Of a DNA stretch of 64,000 nt, positions 24,134 to 36,391 are shown in pieces. The DNA is from Heteronotia binoei (Eukaryota). The notes below the pieces were generated by a model, which saw nothing but the letters and a program-made list of their open reading frames with translations, had not been told where the DNA came from and did not search any database. The stretch is from the NCBI RefSeq assembly GCF_032191835.1, contig NC_083239.1, forward strand, positions 31,000,001 through 31,064,000. The letters run 5' to 3'. Both the position numbers and the translations under genes were made by a program. How positions within the stretch are numbered: position 1 is the first letter of the stretch; each line of letters opens with the position of its first letter.

Positions 24134-25643
24134 CTTGAAGCAGTGGCTGGACAAACACTGTCAGGAATGCTTTAGGCTGATCCTGTATTGAACAGGACAT
24201 TGGACTAGATGGTCTTTACAGCCCCTTCCCACTCTAGGATCCTATGGTGTGCAGCAGCTGCTCCTGATGAACAATCCCCCCCTCCCACCAACCTATTTGT
24301 CTTATCTCAGCTTTGCATCTTCACCAATGAGCAACTAAAAATGCAAACCTGGTCCACACATGCAGCAGAATGTGGCTCAGGAATTTGGAGATGATGCTGT
24401 GGATTGAACTATTTCAGACTGCAAGTGAAAGGTGATTTTTAAATATTTAAATGTTCACCCACTTGAGGAGAAAATTGTGTTGCAAATTAAGAAAGGAAAC
24501 TCAGAAACAATGAGTGTGTCATAGAATAAGGTTCTAGCTCAGCCTGCTTGCATTTTGCTAGGAGACTGTGGTGAGGATTTTATCTGACATATCAATATGA
24601 TCACTCCTCCCCCCCCCCCACATCCTAAAGTGGTATGGCCCATTCTCCCACCTCTGGACTCTTCTCATTCCTGTCTCACTCCATGGCATGTATGGACCAG
24701 CCCTTAGCCACAGAATGATAAGAACTGTAGGGGATGAAAAAGACATGCATTTAGTCCAACTCTACATTTGTAAGCAAGGCTATCTGAATCCTTAACTGAA
24801 AGGTCAGTAAGAATGCAGAAAGCCGGTGTGGTATAGTGAAATGTAGAATCCTCACACTGTCATGGAAGCCTGCTGGGTGATTCTGGGCCAGCTACTCTCT
24901 TTTAGCCCAACCTACATCACAGGGTTGTTGTGAGGATAAAATGGAGACTAGGAGGCCAACTGAGTTCCTTGAAGGAAAGGCAGGATTTTAAAAATGCTAA
25001 CTAATCCAATAAACAGAATTAATCCAGATTTTCCTTGGGTTGATGTCGGCACAGAACAGCCAAATAGTCTAAACCTGGAAGACTGGATGTTGGCTTATAA
25101 AACACCTGATTAAATGTTCTGTAATTCAAAGTGATGAAGGAGGCTGGAAAGAAGGAGTCACCAAACCAACTGCCTCACGTGCTTGAAGACTGAGATGCCA
25201 AAAGGGCTTTTCCACATAATCTCTCCATGCAAATTTTTTTTTCACTCAAATGTGTGTTTTGTTCATCATTTCCGATGCGCTGTTGATGCACTTTCCCTGG
25301 GGGTGGGGATGTTTAATACATTTCCTGAGCACACAGACCATAAAACTTGCACCATTTTTTTAAAGACTGTAATCCTACATAGATTTGGGATTAAGCTCCA
25401 CTAAACTCAGAAATTTAGAGCAAACATCTGTGTAAATGAATAAAAAATTTGCAACTGTACTATAAATGTCTGAACCAATGCAGTACTTTGTTCCACCTAG
25501 GTATGAGATGTCAGTGGTGACAGAGAGAGTCTTTGCTGCCTGCTCACCCCTCTCCCATTAAAATGTCCCCCTCCACCACTGCCTGCTCTGAAACAGTGTC
25601 CTTCTGCTACTTCAACTGTCCAATATTTCCCCAAAAAACTCAC

Positions 25644-25658
25644 TTTCTCTGTACCCAT
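25644..25658 (-). CDS. IL20RB: Probable IL20RB first coding exon (MGTEK; in-frame upstream ATGs at 25718 and 25829)
   Basis: Strong gtgagt donor, phase 0; TATA-like tttaaat near 25830. The whole model totals 936 nt = 311 aa, the length I recall for human IL20RB. Confidence 0.55.
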
Positions 25659-26242
25659 GTGCGTGAAAAGCAAAAATATGTCTACTGAACACAGACCCGT
25701 AGTTAACCAGGGGCTCATGGGGCCTGGCCCCCTGACAGTGGTTTTGTGGCCCCTATTCCTCCCTCTCTGGTGTGATTTAAATTGTGCAGGAGGGACACCC
25801 AGAAGCAAACACTGCTGGTCCCGTGCCATTTAAAGGGCAGGCCCATCAGCTGGCTCTAAATCATGCAGGAGAGGGGAGGAAGAGGGGTGGCCCCCCAGCC
25901 TCTTGCTGTCAACCCCATGGTCCTGTCCTCCTGTGGCCCCCTCCCCCTGCAGCCCTCGCCCCCTGCAGTCCCAGCTATGGGGCTGACTGAACAGCAAAAG
26001 AACTCTATCAGCTTTATTTCTTTTCTCTCTAGTAACAATTTGTTATTCCATTTTAAGTATTTTAAGAGACTGGGCCCAGGAGAACAAGCCTTTGTCAATG
26101 TTAAGTAGTAGTCTGCTTCCCCTCCCCCCATATAATGCTTTTTTCTGCCTCAGAGGTATTGCCACCCCACTGCATTATTTACCGTGCAATCCTAAACTCT
26201 CTTCTATGCCCATTGGGGTGGATTCAACAGAGCATTTCCCAC

Positions 26243-26981
26243 TGTGAGTGAGAACCCCCTACTTTCACTTATATATGGACATCGTGATCACTAGTTTGGT
26301 TGCCAGAGTGTCTGGAGTTCTGGCTCACACACATCTGGTCTAAGACATAGGTTTTATCTGCCATTTTCTGAGAGACTTATGTGGATACCAGGGGCCTCAT
26401 CTTTACAGCATTCTCTCCTTCTGAATGGGGGCGAACCAGGAGTGACAAGCTCCCAGCCACTCCATGAGGGCACAATCTTGGCCATTGCAGTGCACCCATA
26501 CCTGACCCATGTCCCACCCACACTGTCATCTTGCAACCTCCCCTTCTCTGAGGTAATGTACCAAGTGATACAGCATCATGTCCCATCTGACCCCATGTCA
26601 AAAGCCCCTGGACCTCCTACCCTCTAAGGGCTCAAGGTAGTCCTTATAACCTCTGACCCAACGCCCCACGTATGTGCATCTGATAGTACCCCTACTCTGC
26701 TGTTTAGATACGCCCCCAATACCTGAGGTCCTTCCCAATCTCCCTTTTTGTTGCCACTGGAGCCTTCCTCGAAGAATACGATAGGTAGTTATTACCCTGT
26801 TTGTCTACCTCGTGTTTACCCCTGTCCATTTCAACACTATTTTCCTAAGTCTGTATGGTTGTTGTATGATTTTATACCCTTGTATGTATGCCTATATTTT
26901 TACAATAAAGACCCCTTGATTATTAGATAATACCTCCTCGTTTTTGGGTGACTTCCAAAGGAGAAATCCTCTGTATTCACA
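26243..26981 (+). mobile_element. Probable solo LTR (~740 bp)
   Basis: TGTGA...TCACA termini, AATAAA ~75 bp before the 3' end, no coding remnant; no TSD found. Confidence 0.4.
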
Positions 26982-27796
26982 GATTCCAAAAATCTCGCTA
27001 AAGCTGAATTGCCCACCTGTTAATTCCCCACAACATAATTCCAGGGCAATTCTGTTAACACCATAGAAGGATTACCACCCACAAAGTGCTACTTTCTTGC
27101 CTTCCTTTCCTGGTGCAACCCCAGAATGCTTCTCCCACAAGAACTACGGTACTTGTGTAAAGTGTCAAGATACAAGGGGGTGGGGGGGAGACACAGATTT
27201 AAATCCTCCATTATGCACAGAAGCTCCCTGGGTGAGTCACCCTCTCCATCTCTACTTTACAGGATTGTTGTGAAGGTGAATCAAAAGAGGGGAGACAAAC
27301 ATTATGATGGGCCAAACTCCTTTCAGGAAAGATGAAAGGCAATATACTAAATAAATAAGTTTCAGGGGTATGTCAGGAGCTGCAGCAAAGAGGGAAATCA
27401 TGCTCCATAAGCAGAGTCCTTTGATCCATGGGAATTCCATTCTATTGACTTCAATGGCCTTAGAAGTGTGTAACTCTGCTTAGGGTCGCATTCATAGGGA
27501 CAGGGCAACTCATTAGAAATCCCTGCTGCCATGACAAAGACATGCTTTCTTCCCATCAGGAACCAGTTACCTTAGGGCTTTCTGTTTGCCCAGCTGCACT
27601 ATATCTTCCTTTGGTTACAAGGGACAACTGTATTTCAGGGATGCTGTTTACATCCCCCAAGTGCTTGAGCAGCCCAGGGCATGGCTGTCTTCCTGTTGTG
27701 TTTGGTTTCTTTTGATAAATCTCATCAAAATGTTTATTTATTTAGATATGTATACCCTGCTTTCTTTTCTCCAATGGTGTCCCAAAGCAGCTTAAA

Positions 27797-28022
27797 TAGG
27801 GGTGCCAGGTCCTGGCCACTGGCAGGGGATGGGAGGTAAGGTTGCCAGATCCAGGTTGAGAAACTTTTAAAAAATTGGGGAGGACAGGGACCTCAGTGGG
27901 GTACAATGCTATAGACGCCACTCTCCAAACCAACCATCTTCTCCGGGGGAACTCTCTGTAGTCTGGAGATAAAATGTAATTCCAAAGGGTTCTCAGGTCC
28001 CACCTGGAGGCTGGCATCCCTA
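27797..28022. mobile_element. hAT-like MITE, TAGGGTTGCCA family
   Basis: taggggtgcca...tggcatcccta; body matches the 23899 copy. Confidence 0.65.
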
Positions 28023-29189
28023 ATTATAACATAATTTCCCTCTTTTCAATTTTATCCTCACAACTCTGTGCAGTAGGTAAGGCTGAGAGACAAAGACTGG
28101 CCCAAGGTCATTCAGCAAGTTTCCACAGCAGAGTGAGGAACTTGAACCTGTATCTTCCAGATCCTAGTCCACCACTCAAACCATTACACATATGTACATT
28201 TTATGCACCAGTTAAGCACTTCAGATTACTCTAGAGGTCTGGAAAGGATTTTTAAGCACTCTTCAAAGCTGTGCTTAACCCTTTTCCTTACCATTCTGAA
28301 CTGCAATTGCACAATTCTTGGCACCTACCTGAAACCAAAAGTGGCATCAGGGAACCGAGGAAGAAGGTACGGAAGAGAGTGGCCATTTCCCTGGAGATTA
28401 GGATGCTTGCCCATGTGTAGCTGGATTTGACATTTTCTTCTCTGGATCCAGGAACCGATCCAGGCACCTCATGCTCTGAGCTGCGCAGCAACACAGGTGT
28501 TCAGCTGAGGACCTTCCTCTCCTGTTGCGCTGTTGTGCCTAAACTGTTCCCATAGCCAACTGACTGTGGCTCCTTGCTCCATCCAACCTTCTGTTGCGTT
28601 GCTCAGGAGGGTGTGGCCACAGGTAATTTAGGTTTGGGCAATTTGCATTCTGGTATTTTTCTAAGGTTACGCAATTGGCCTGAAGAAAGAAAGAGAAGAA
28701 AGGTGGAGACATAAGCCAAAGAATGGTGCAATCAACAATTTGGGGTTGTGCTGACAGTGTAATCTGAAGAGTTACATCCTTCGAACTCTGAAGAAGCCAA
28801 TGGGTTTAGGAGAGTATAACTGTTTAGGATTTTACCATGAGTTGCAGTAAATCAGATACTCTCCAAATCTTGAAGTGGAAGTTCTTCTTTCAGAACTTTT
28901 AAAAATCATGTCAATTGATGTATAAGTTCATAGAAAAATGCAGGAACAATGGAACTCTATGGATGACACACATATCCCTGAACTATATAAAGTCTGTCTA
29001 CACACTACAGTCATCTCACATAAATTACTGCCCAATTCTTCATATCACCCTGTGAAAACTTTAGGAGGATATAGGCTAGCTGTGATCTACTGAAGTGGAA
29101 AAGATGCCTACGAGGGCAATCAGAATGACCCAAGCGATTGGAGCAACGTCTCTACCTTAGATAAGGCTGAAAAGCACTGTGTTTATTTG

Positions 29190-29305
29190 ATTCAGGTAGG
29201 CAGCCATGTTGGTCTTGAAGCAGAAGAACAGTCTGAGTCTGTCCAGACCAACAACGTTCTAGTCTGGCTATGAGCTTTCTTGTGCATGCACACTTCTTCA
29301 GATAT
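29190..29305 (-). mobile_element. PLE pLTR fragment with degenerate hammerhead (29271-29301)
   Basis: CUGAAGA-A-GUGUGCAUGCACAA-GAAA-GCUC. Confidence 0.6.
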
Positions 29306-29432
29306 TTATTTCAGATGTCTATTTAAGAGAAAGCATTAGGGAAGGTGGCATAGTAGAATTTGCTACATCTGTCTAATTTAGGAAAGTTGTGTATGTAATT
29401 CACTTTGAGACTCAGTGGGTTATACTACTGAA

Positions 29433-29624
29433 CCATGTGCCCTCTAAGCTGTGCAGTCTTGTGAGCAAAAATTCTTTGCGAGCTACTGGCATTAAAGTTG
29501 TGAGCTACTGCAGAAATTAGTTTGCTCTAGGGCCATTTTTCCTAAGCTGAGACAAAAATGTGTGAGCTGGAGGCTAAAAAAACTGTGAGCTAGCTCACAG
29601 TAACTCAGCTTAGAGGGAACACTG
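29433..29624. mobile_element. hAT MITE, CAGTGTTCCCTCTAAGCTG TIR family
   Basis: ~190-bp family with copies at 33054, 37236 and 45604. Confidence 0.7.
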
Positions 29625-29939
29625 CACTCCTGGAGGATGACATAATTAATGATTTTTAATATTTTAAATACTATATTATACCTAGTCCCTTTTTTAGATT
29701 TCATTTGTTAAAAATTGTAAATTTAACTTTTGCAAAAGTCAGTCACTTTTATGACTTATTTGGTTGTAAGGTTCCTGTTGAGTTGTTTCAGTTATAAGTT
29801 ATTTCCAACCTGTAATGAAATTACACATTTATTTTTCAACCGCTATGTACAAAGTTATAAAAATAAAGTTAAAAAATAAATCTAAATAACGTTTTTACTC
29901 TAGTCTTTAATAGCGAATCATTTAATTTTTCATTTCCGA

Positions 29940-30480
29940 AACGTCCCAGATTTCGCTCTGGAGCGATCACTTCCCTCACCGGCAGCCAGAGGCGCCAATC
30001 TAAATTAAGGTGGAAAAACGCGGAGGAAAAAGCGCCCAACGGTCGCAATAGCGCCGCCCAACCGTCGTTGCCCCTGTCTGTTTGCGCATGCGCATTTCGC
30101 AGCAGACTCCGGGAAAGAGTTTTGCCTCAAGAAGGGTGCCTGCGTCAGAGACGTCGCCGGAGCATGCGCGGAGTCTCGAAAATGAAGGTGGCCGTGAGTG
30201 GTTGCTGCCATGGCGCGCTGGATAAGATGTACGAGACGATCGAGTTGATGGGGCAGCGACATGGCCACGCGCGGCCGGACCTGCTTCTCTGCACCGGGGA
30301 CTTCCAAGCCGTCCGCGACTCGGCCGATTTACAATGTATGGCCGTGCCCCCCAAATACCGACAGATGGGAGGCTTCGCGCAGTGAGTAGTCCGGAGTTTC
30401 CTTTTCGAGGTGGGATTCCTCCTCGGGGTCTGCTCGGATTGTCAGAGAGGGGGCGAGATTACGTGATGCAGGGAGTACCT
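29940..30480. promoter_or_regulatory. CpG-island promoter of DBR1 with a perfect NRF1 site TGCGCATGCGCA (30083-30094)
   Basis: CpG-dense region spanning exon 1; motif read directly. Confidence 0.8.
30182..30381 (+). CDS. DBR1: DBR1 exon 1 ([11 protein letters not shown]...[12 protein letters not shown]...MAVPPKYR)
   Basis: Metallophosphoesterase CCHG and GDFQ motifs; gtgagt donor, 200 nt, phase 2. Confidence 0.96.
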
Positions 30481-30592
30481 CTGGGCATGAGCAGAATTCA
30501 AGCCGCCTTTTGGCTAATCGCAACAACGACGAAGGGTGTCCTGTCCCCTCAACCCCATTTGAGCATGTGTCTAGAATTAGAAAGGTCCAGGG

Positions 30593-30808
30593 CAAGGGTG
30601 GCCAAACTTGCTTAATGGAAGAACCACACAGAATAAATGTCAGATGTTTGAGAGCAGGAAGATAGGCAGATAGATGGGGGAGGGGGAAAGAAAACAACTT
30701 TAAATGCCTTCTCTAAGCCGGCTGATGAGGTGGTGCGGGCTTCGAGAACCATACAATATGTGTGAAAGAGCCACATGTGGCTCCTGAGCTGCAGTTTAGC
30801 CACCCCTG
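30593..30808. mobile_element. hAT-Charlie-like MITE (CAGGGGTGGCCAAAC TIR), perfect TSD gtccaggg
   Basis: 8-bp TSD at 30585-30592 and 30809-30816; family copies at 31.7-32.0, 36.1 and 63.4 kb. Confidence 0.8.
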
Positions 30809-32372
30809 GTCCAGGGGCTTCTAGGATGACAAATTGCAGGCTTGTTAAATCTGTTATAGTAAAAGTGCAGTGGGAGGCGATGGTGGAATAGTTTTGTGGA
30901 ACCGTAAAGCCTAACCGACTTATTGTAGTATAAAAACTGTTATGGGTTAGAGGCTACTCTAAAATACTCTGTGTGTGCACTCCAAAACAAGAAATATTGT
31001 ATTTATTAAGATGTTTATAATTTCCTTTTCTTCCTAATGGTGTCTCATGACAGCCCACCTCCCTTTTATCCTCACCATGACAGCCCTGTGAGGGAAAAGT
31101 GACTGACCCAGGGACATCCAGTGAGTTTTCTCTGAAGAGTGGAGATTAAGACATGGGTTTCCCAGTTGCTAATCTAGCATGATAACAAGGATGCTATATG
31201 TGTGCACACGGTAAATTATGCATACACATGCTCAGATTGAAAAGGTTAGGAGATACGAGTGATGCATAGCCTGTGATGTTTTCATGCCAGACTTGTTTGA
31301 GCTCAAGAGCTACACAGTAACCTCTTGCCACAGAAGGAAGGAACTCATTCATTTTGTGATGTTAATTTAACAAATCCCTAGACTCAGGGTGATGGTTGGG
31401 GGGGGGGGGGCTCAAAGGTCTGGCCCCGCAGGCCAGAAGTGGCCCACCCAGAGCTTTAATTAGCCCCCGCCTCACAGTTTGAAGCTCCAACAAAGTTGCC
31501 TTCTCTTCAGTTCCCTTCCTTTTCTGCCTTGTCTTTGTAGGCTGCAACACAAATGAAGCAGCAAGGCAAATTGGAACAGACACTCTATCAGAGCTGCAGG
31601 GAGAATGTGGAGTGGATTTTCCATTATGGTCTCTGCCCAGATAGATAGGGCCCACGGACCTTGATAGAAGATCCATTTCATGTTTCCCTTGCAGCTTTGG
31701 CTGTGCTGCATTGTGTTTCAATGGAGTGGAGATAGTTCCACTTTCAGCGTTCCTATATAGCAGGGGTGACCAGACTGCAGCTTGGGAGCCACATGTGGTT
31801 CTTTCACACATATTATGAGTGAAAGAACCCCCCACCGCCCTGTCAGTCAGCTTGGAGAAGGCATTTAAAGCTGCTTTCTTTCCACCTCTCCTTCCCTTCC
31901 CCCCATTTATTTGCCTTCCTGCCTTCTGGCACTCAAAATCTGCCATTCATGTCTTGTGGCTCTCAAACATCTGATGTTTATTCTATGTGGCCTTTATGTT
32001 AAGCAAGTTCGGCCACCCCTGCTATATAGACAGTTGAAGCTCAGGTTTCCTGGAATTTTGTGTGTCCTTGCAAATAAAGAGTCGATGCTTTGAGCCAGCT
32101 TGTCTCTGCTCAATGGATCTGACCTAGTGAGTACTCGAACTTGGGAATCTACAGCCAGAGGGGAATATTATACTGGAGGGCCACTGCCATTCCGAGTAAA
32201 CCCGGGGGGGTGGGGGTGGGGGGAGAAACTTGCAATGCCATTTCATCATTTTTCCCAGGCTCAGAGCATTTTATATTTTTTAGTTTCTGCTGTTTCCTTG
32301 CTTTTATTTTTAAAATTGCATTGTTAAATTCCACTATTCCCCCACTTTTCCCTTTTAAACAAAAAATATTGC

Positions 32373-32660
32373 AAGAAGAAGGTGAAGAAGAAGAAGATAT
32401 TGGATTTATATCCCGCCCTCCACTCCGAAGAGTCTCAGAGCGGCTCACAATCTCCTTTGCCTTCCTCCCCCACAACAGACACCCTGTGAGGTGGGTGGGG
32501 CTGGAGAAGGCTCTCACAGCAGCTGCCCTTTCAAGGACAACCTCTGCCAGAGCTATGGCTGACCCAAGGCCATGCTAGCAGGTGCAAGTGGAGGAGTGGG
32601 GAATCAAACCCGGTTCTCCCAGATAAGAGTCCGCACACTTAACCACTACACCAAACTGGC
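32373..32660 (-). mobile_element. MIR/CORE-like tRNA SINE (Squam3-like), inserted into a hAT MITE
   Basis: Head gccagtttggtgtagtggttaag, B box gggtttgattcc, (cttcttct) tail; high identity to the 52806 copy. Confidence 0.75.
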
Positions 32661-33053
32661 AAGAGTCAGATTCTACAATGCCAAGACCATGGCCATACAG
32701 CTTGGAAAATCTACAACTAATTAACTCCAGCCATGAAAGTCTTTTACAACGTAGTTTTAAGCATGTTTATATTTTAAGTTTAAAAATAATATCTTTAATT
32801 GTGTTTGTGTCCTTTCTAAAGTTTATATCTCCGCTACCTCACATGACATTTGTATCAGATTTGGCCCTCCTAACAAATTAGTTCGACACCCTGATGTAGG
32901 TATTCAGAGATGACTACCTTCCACTTCCGAAAAGTGTGGAAGGTTATAAAAATGAAGCCTTTGCACATATATGCTGTAATTGTAAACATCTCACATTGCT
33001 CTGGTATGTGGTGCGGGTTACATGCTTGTGCTTACTGCCTATACAATATTATT

Positions 33054-33247
33054 CAGTGTTCCCTCTAAGCTGTGGAGTCTAGTGAGCAAAAATTCTACTT
33101 TGTGAGCTACTGGTATTAAAGGTGTGAGCTACTGCATAAATTAGTTTGCTCTAGGACCATTTTTCCTGGACTAAGACAAAAATGTGTGAGCTGGAGGCTA
33201 AAAAGCTTTGAGCTAGCTCACGCTAACTCAGCTTAGAGGGAATGCTG
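33054..33247. mobile_element. hAT MITE, CAGTGTTCCCTCTAAGCTG family
   Basis: TIRs at both ends. Confidence 0.75.
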
Positions 33248-33810
33248 GTATTGTCCTCTTAAAGTATGAGTTCATACATTTCTTTCCTCTTACTAATTTG
33301 CCCTTCCTCGCTGCATTTATAGAAACACTTTCCCTTGGGTTGTATTGTTTGAATTCACTTAATCATCCTTTGCTGCCTATCTTTTGGGAAACTTTCCACT
33401 CTTAAAGTCCAGCTAGCATTGTGATGCACAAATTTCCACTTTGCCTTGCTGGCAGCAGATTTCCGAAACCATTATGGTGCTAGACCTGAAGAGACTTGGT
33501 TTCAAATACCCATACCCCACAAAACTCCCTGGGTGATCTTGGGCCAGTCATTCTTTCTTAGCCTAATATACTTTTCAGGGTTCTACTCTGCAAGATTGTT
33601 GTTTGTGGGGGGGGAATAATCATATACACCACCCTTAGTCCCTTCAAGGAAGAGAGGAATATAAACTTCCTAACAAATTCATCTCCCCTACCCCATATCT
33701 ATTCTATCTTATGAGTGACTTATGGTCTTATTCTGAGCAGGAACTTAGGAGGAGATATTGTTTCCTCATTTTTGTCTAAGGCCCTTGAGATTTGGATTGT
33801 GTTCTCCTAG

Positions 33811-33935
33811 GTACTATTCTGGAGAGAAGAAGGCTCCAGTCTTGACCATCTTTATTGGGGGAAACCATGAAGCCTCCAACCATTTGCAAGAACTCCCATA
33901 TGGTGGATGGGTAGCGCCAAACATCTACTACCTTG
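33811..33935 (+). CDS. DBR1: DBR1 exon 2 ([20 protein letters not shown]...WVAPNIYYL)
   Basis: cctag/gtatta boundaries, 125 nt; GNHE motif. Confidence 0.97.
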
Positions 33936-33980
33936 GTATTAAATTGTGTTTCCTGTTTTGATGGCTAATATTGTTTGCTT

Positions 33981-34194
33981 TCTGACCTGGGTAGTTCAGG
34001 CTAGTCCGATCCGCTTAGATCTTGGAAGCTAAGTAGGGTCAGCCCTGGTTAGTGTTTGGATGGGAGACCACTTTAAAAGCCGAGGGCTGTTAGAAAGGGT
34101 CAGGGAATGGCAAGCTACCTCCGTTCATCTCGAGGCCTGAAAACACTGTGGGGTCACCATAAGTCAGTTGCAACTTGATGGCAGTTTCCACCAC
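33981..34194 (+). mobile_element. 5S rRNA-headed SINE with a BovB/RTE-type 3' end
   Basis: gatcttggaagctaagtagggtcagccctggttagtgtttggatgggagacc matches 5S nt ~40-95; 3' end cttgatggcagtttcc. Confidence 0.75.
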
Positions 34195-34226
34195 TAGCTC
34201 TGATTGCTAGTGAGGAAGTCTTTTAC

Positions 34227-34405
34227 CAGGGCTTTTTTTGTAGCAGGAACTCCTTTGCAGATTAGGCCACACATCCCTAATGTAGCCAATCCTGGAGTTT
34301 ACAGTAGGCCCTGTACTAAGAGCCTTGTAATCTCTTGGAGGATTGGCTACATAAGAGGGGTGTGGCTTCATATGCAAAGGAGTTCCTGCTACAAAAAAAG
34401 CCCTG
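34227..34405. mobile_element. Palindromic hAT MITE (CAGGGCTTTTTTT TIR), TSD tcttttac/ccttttac
   Basis: Nearly the whole element is self-complementary. Confidence 0.85.
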
Positions 34406-34722
34406 CCTTTTACATTGCCCACTTTCTGAGCTTTTTAACTGGAGATGTTGGGGACTCAACCTGGGTATTTCGGCATATAAAGCAAATGCTCTGCCACCCA
34501 GCCATGTCCCCCAAAATACATGGACACATGAATTTGCCATAGGCTGAGTCAGACTATCAGACAATTAATGTTAGTCTTGTCTACTCTAACTGGAAGCAGC
34601 TCTCCAGGTTCTCATGTGTTTCCCATTATTTCCTACCTGATCTTTTTAAAAAGTGAAGATGGTGGGGATTGAACCTGGGATGCTCAGCTATTGAGCCCCA
34701 TCCCCAGCCCAATGGTTCAATC

Positions 34723-34906
34723 CAGGGCTTTTTTTTTTGTAGCAGGAACTTCTTTGCCTATTAGGCCACACACCCCTGATGTAGCCAGTCCTCCTGAAGC
34801 TTACAGTAGGCCCTGTGAGAAGAGTCCTGTAAGCTATTGGAGGATTGGCTACATCAGGAGTGCGTGGCCTAATAGGCAAAGGAGTTCCTGCTACAAAAAA
34901 GCCCTG
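34723..34906. mobile_element. Second palindromic hAT MITE of the same family
   Basis: Same sequence family; imperfect TSD gttcaatc/gttaaaac. Confidence 0.85.
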
Positions 34907-35333
34907 GTTAAAACTCTCAGCTTCCTTGACAGAATGCAAAAAAATCAGGCAATGCCTGAAGAATTGTAAATTTGATTGAAACGAGAGATGAAAATTAGCA
35001 TAGCAGGGAGGGGCTTGGTTGTGACCTGGGAAGGGATTCTCTGAGTGAGTTGGCATTGGCCATGGGTGAGGTGAAGTTGCCATCTGCGTTGCAAATACCA
35101 TTGACTCAGTGCAGTGTGCCCCTGCAGGCTGGCAGAAGTAGAAAACTAGAAGTCAAGCTGCTGTCAGTAGGGATCTGCATACCTGCAGGGCTCAAAGACC
35201 ACAGCTTCCAGGGATGGTAGACATAGGTGTGCGGGGACGTTGCATGGGCTTTGTGGGGTAAGCTTATGCTGGTGGCTTTTGCAGTCAGCACTGTCTTGCT
35301 TTTGTTGAATAATGTAACCTGTTATCTTTTCAG

Positions 35334-35414
35334 GTTATGCCGGAGTAGTGAAATACCGTGGGTTACGCATCGGTGGGATCTCTGGCATTTTCAAATCTCA
35401 TGACTACAGAAGAG
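35334..35414 (+). CDS. DBR1: DBR1 exon 3 ([26 protein letters not shown])
   Basis: ttcag/gtattt boundaries, 81 nt. Confidence 0.97.
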
Positions 35415-35954
35415 GTATTTTGGGAGGGGCCTCACTGCAGAGTGAAGTCTGCTGTTTGAAATCTGAGTTTATTTTATTAGCTGAGGTTCCTGAGGTGGGT
35501 GGATTGCCAGTCTTGTGTCTCAGAGGGGGATTCTGAGCTTCCTTGGCAGGGGACAGTATGTGGAACAGACTTCCTCAACATTTCCAGGTATGGCTCCCAT
35601 CTGGCGGAATGATCTGCTTGAGGAGATCAGGAAGGCTCCCTTGCTTCTCAGGAGGTGCAAAATGGAATTGTTCAGAAGGGCACTTTTATAAAGAGAACAG
35701 GGCCATTTGTTGCGCTGTTTATTGCACATTATTTTGTGTTTGTGCACTGTGTAACTCTTGTAATCTAGTTTTCAAATTGCAGTTTTTGCATTGTTTATGA
35801 TATGGTGGGGTCCTTTTAGATTGCATGGTTTTCTGATGATGTCACCCGCCTTGAGTCTTAGTAAGAAAGTCTAACTAAAGACAATGTAAACAAAAATTGA
35901 TAAATAATAGTATAGCTTTCATCATAGTAATGAATGTCTTGTTGCTTGTTTCAG

Positions 35955-36040
35955 GCCACTTTGAGTGTCCCCCTTACAATCAAAATACCTTAAGAAGCGT
36001 CTACCATGTGAGAAATATTGAAGTGTTCAAGCTCAAGCAG
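35955..36040 (+). CDS. DBR1: DBR1 exon 4 ([28 protein letters not shown])
   Basis: ttcag/gttagc boundaries, 86 nt. Confidence 0.97.
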
Positions 36041-36136
36041 GTTAGCAAAAATACTTCAGAGTCCAAGGCCATGCCAGAGGACATTCAATGGGGTAACAGT
36101 CCTAGCAGCTTGATGTGTGTTTTGTATGCTTTGGGG

Positions 36137-36391
36137 CAGGGGCAGACTTGCTTAATGTAAGAGCCACGTAGAGTAAACATCAGATGTTTGATAGCCTCAA
36201 GACATGAACATCTGATGTTGGAGAGCCAGGAGGGAGGGAGGAATGAAAATAGATGGGGGAGGGAGAGGTCAAAAGAAAGCAAAGTGCATTCTCCAAGCTG
36301 GCCAATGACGGGGCAGTGGGGGCTTCAAGAGCTACACAGTATGTGTGAAAGGGCCACATGTGGCTCCCGAGCCGCAGTTTGGCCACCCCTG
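36137..36391. mobile_element. hAT-Charlie-like MITE, TSD ctttgggg/ctttgagg
   Basis: Same family as the 30593 copy. Confidence 0.75.

Noticed and set aside
24558-24746. MSFSSPTVLIILWLRAG as an alternative IL20RB signal exon
   Set aside because: The only phase-1 donor is weak (gtccat), and from the nearby acceptor the phase-0 frame hits a stop. The 25644+23612 model fits better, though this is not excluded.
32590-32660. tRNA genes in SINE heads (also 3570-3640, 40685-40760)
   Set aside because: A/B boxes are present but there is no full cloverleaf, and they continue into SINE bodies.
33981-34075. 5S rRNA gene
   Set aside because: The 5' end is replaced, the body is diverged and it continues into a LINE-type tail; it is a SINE head, not rRNA.
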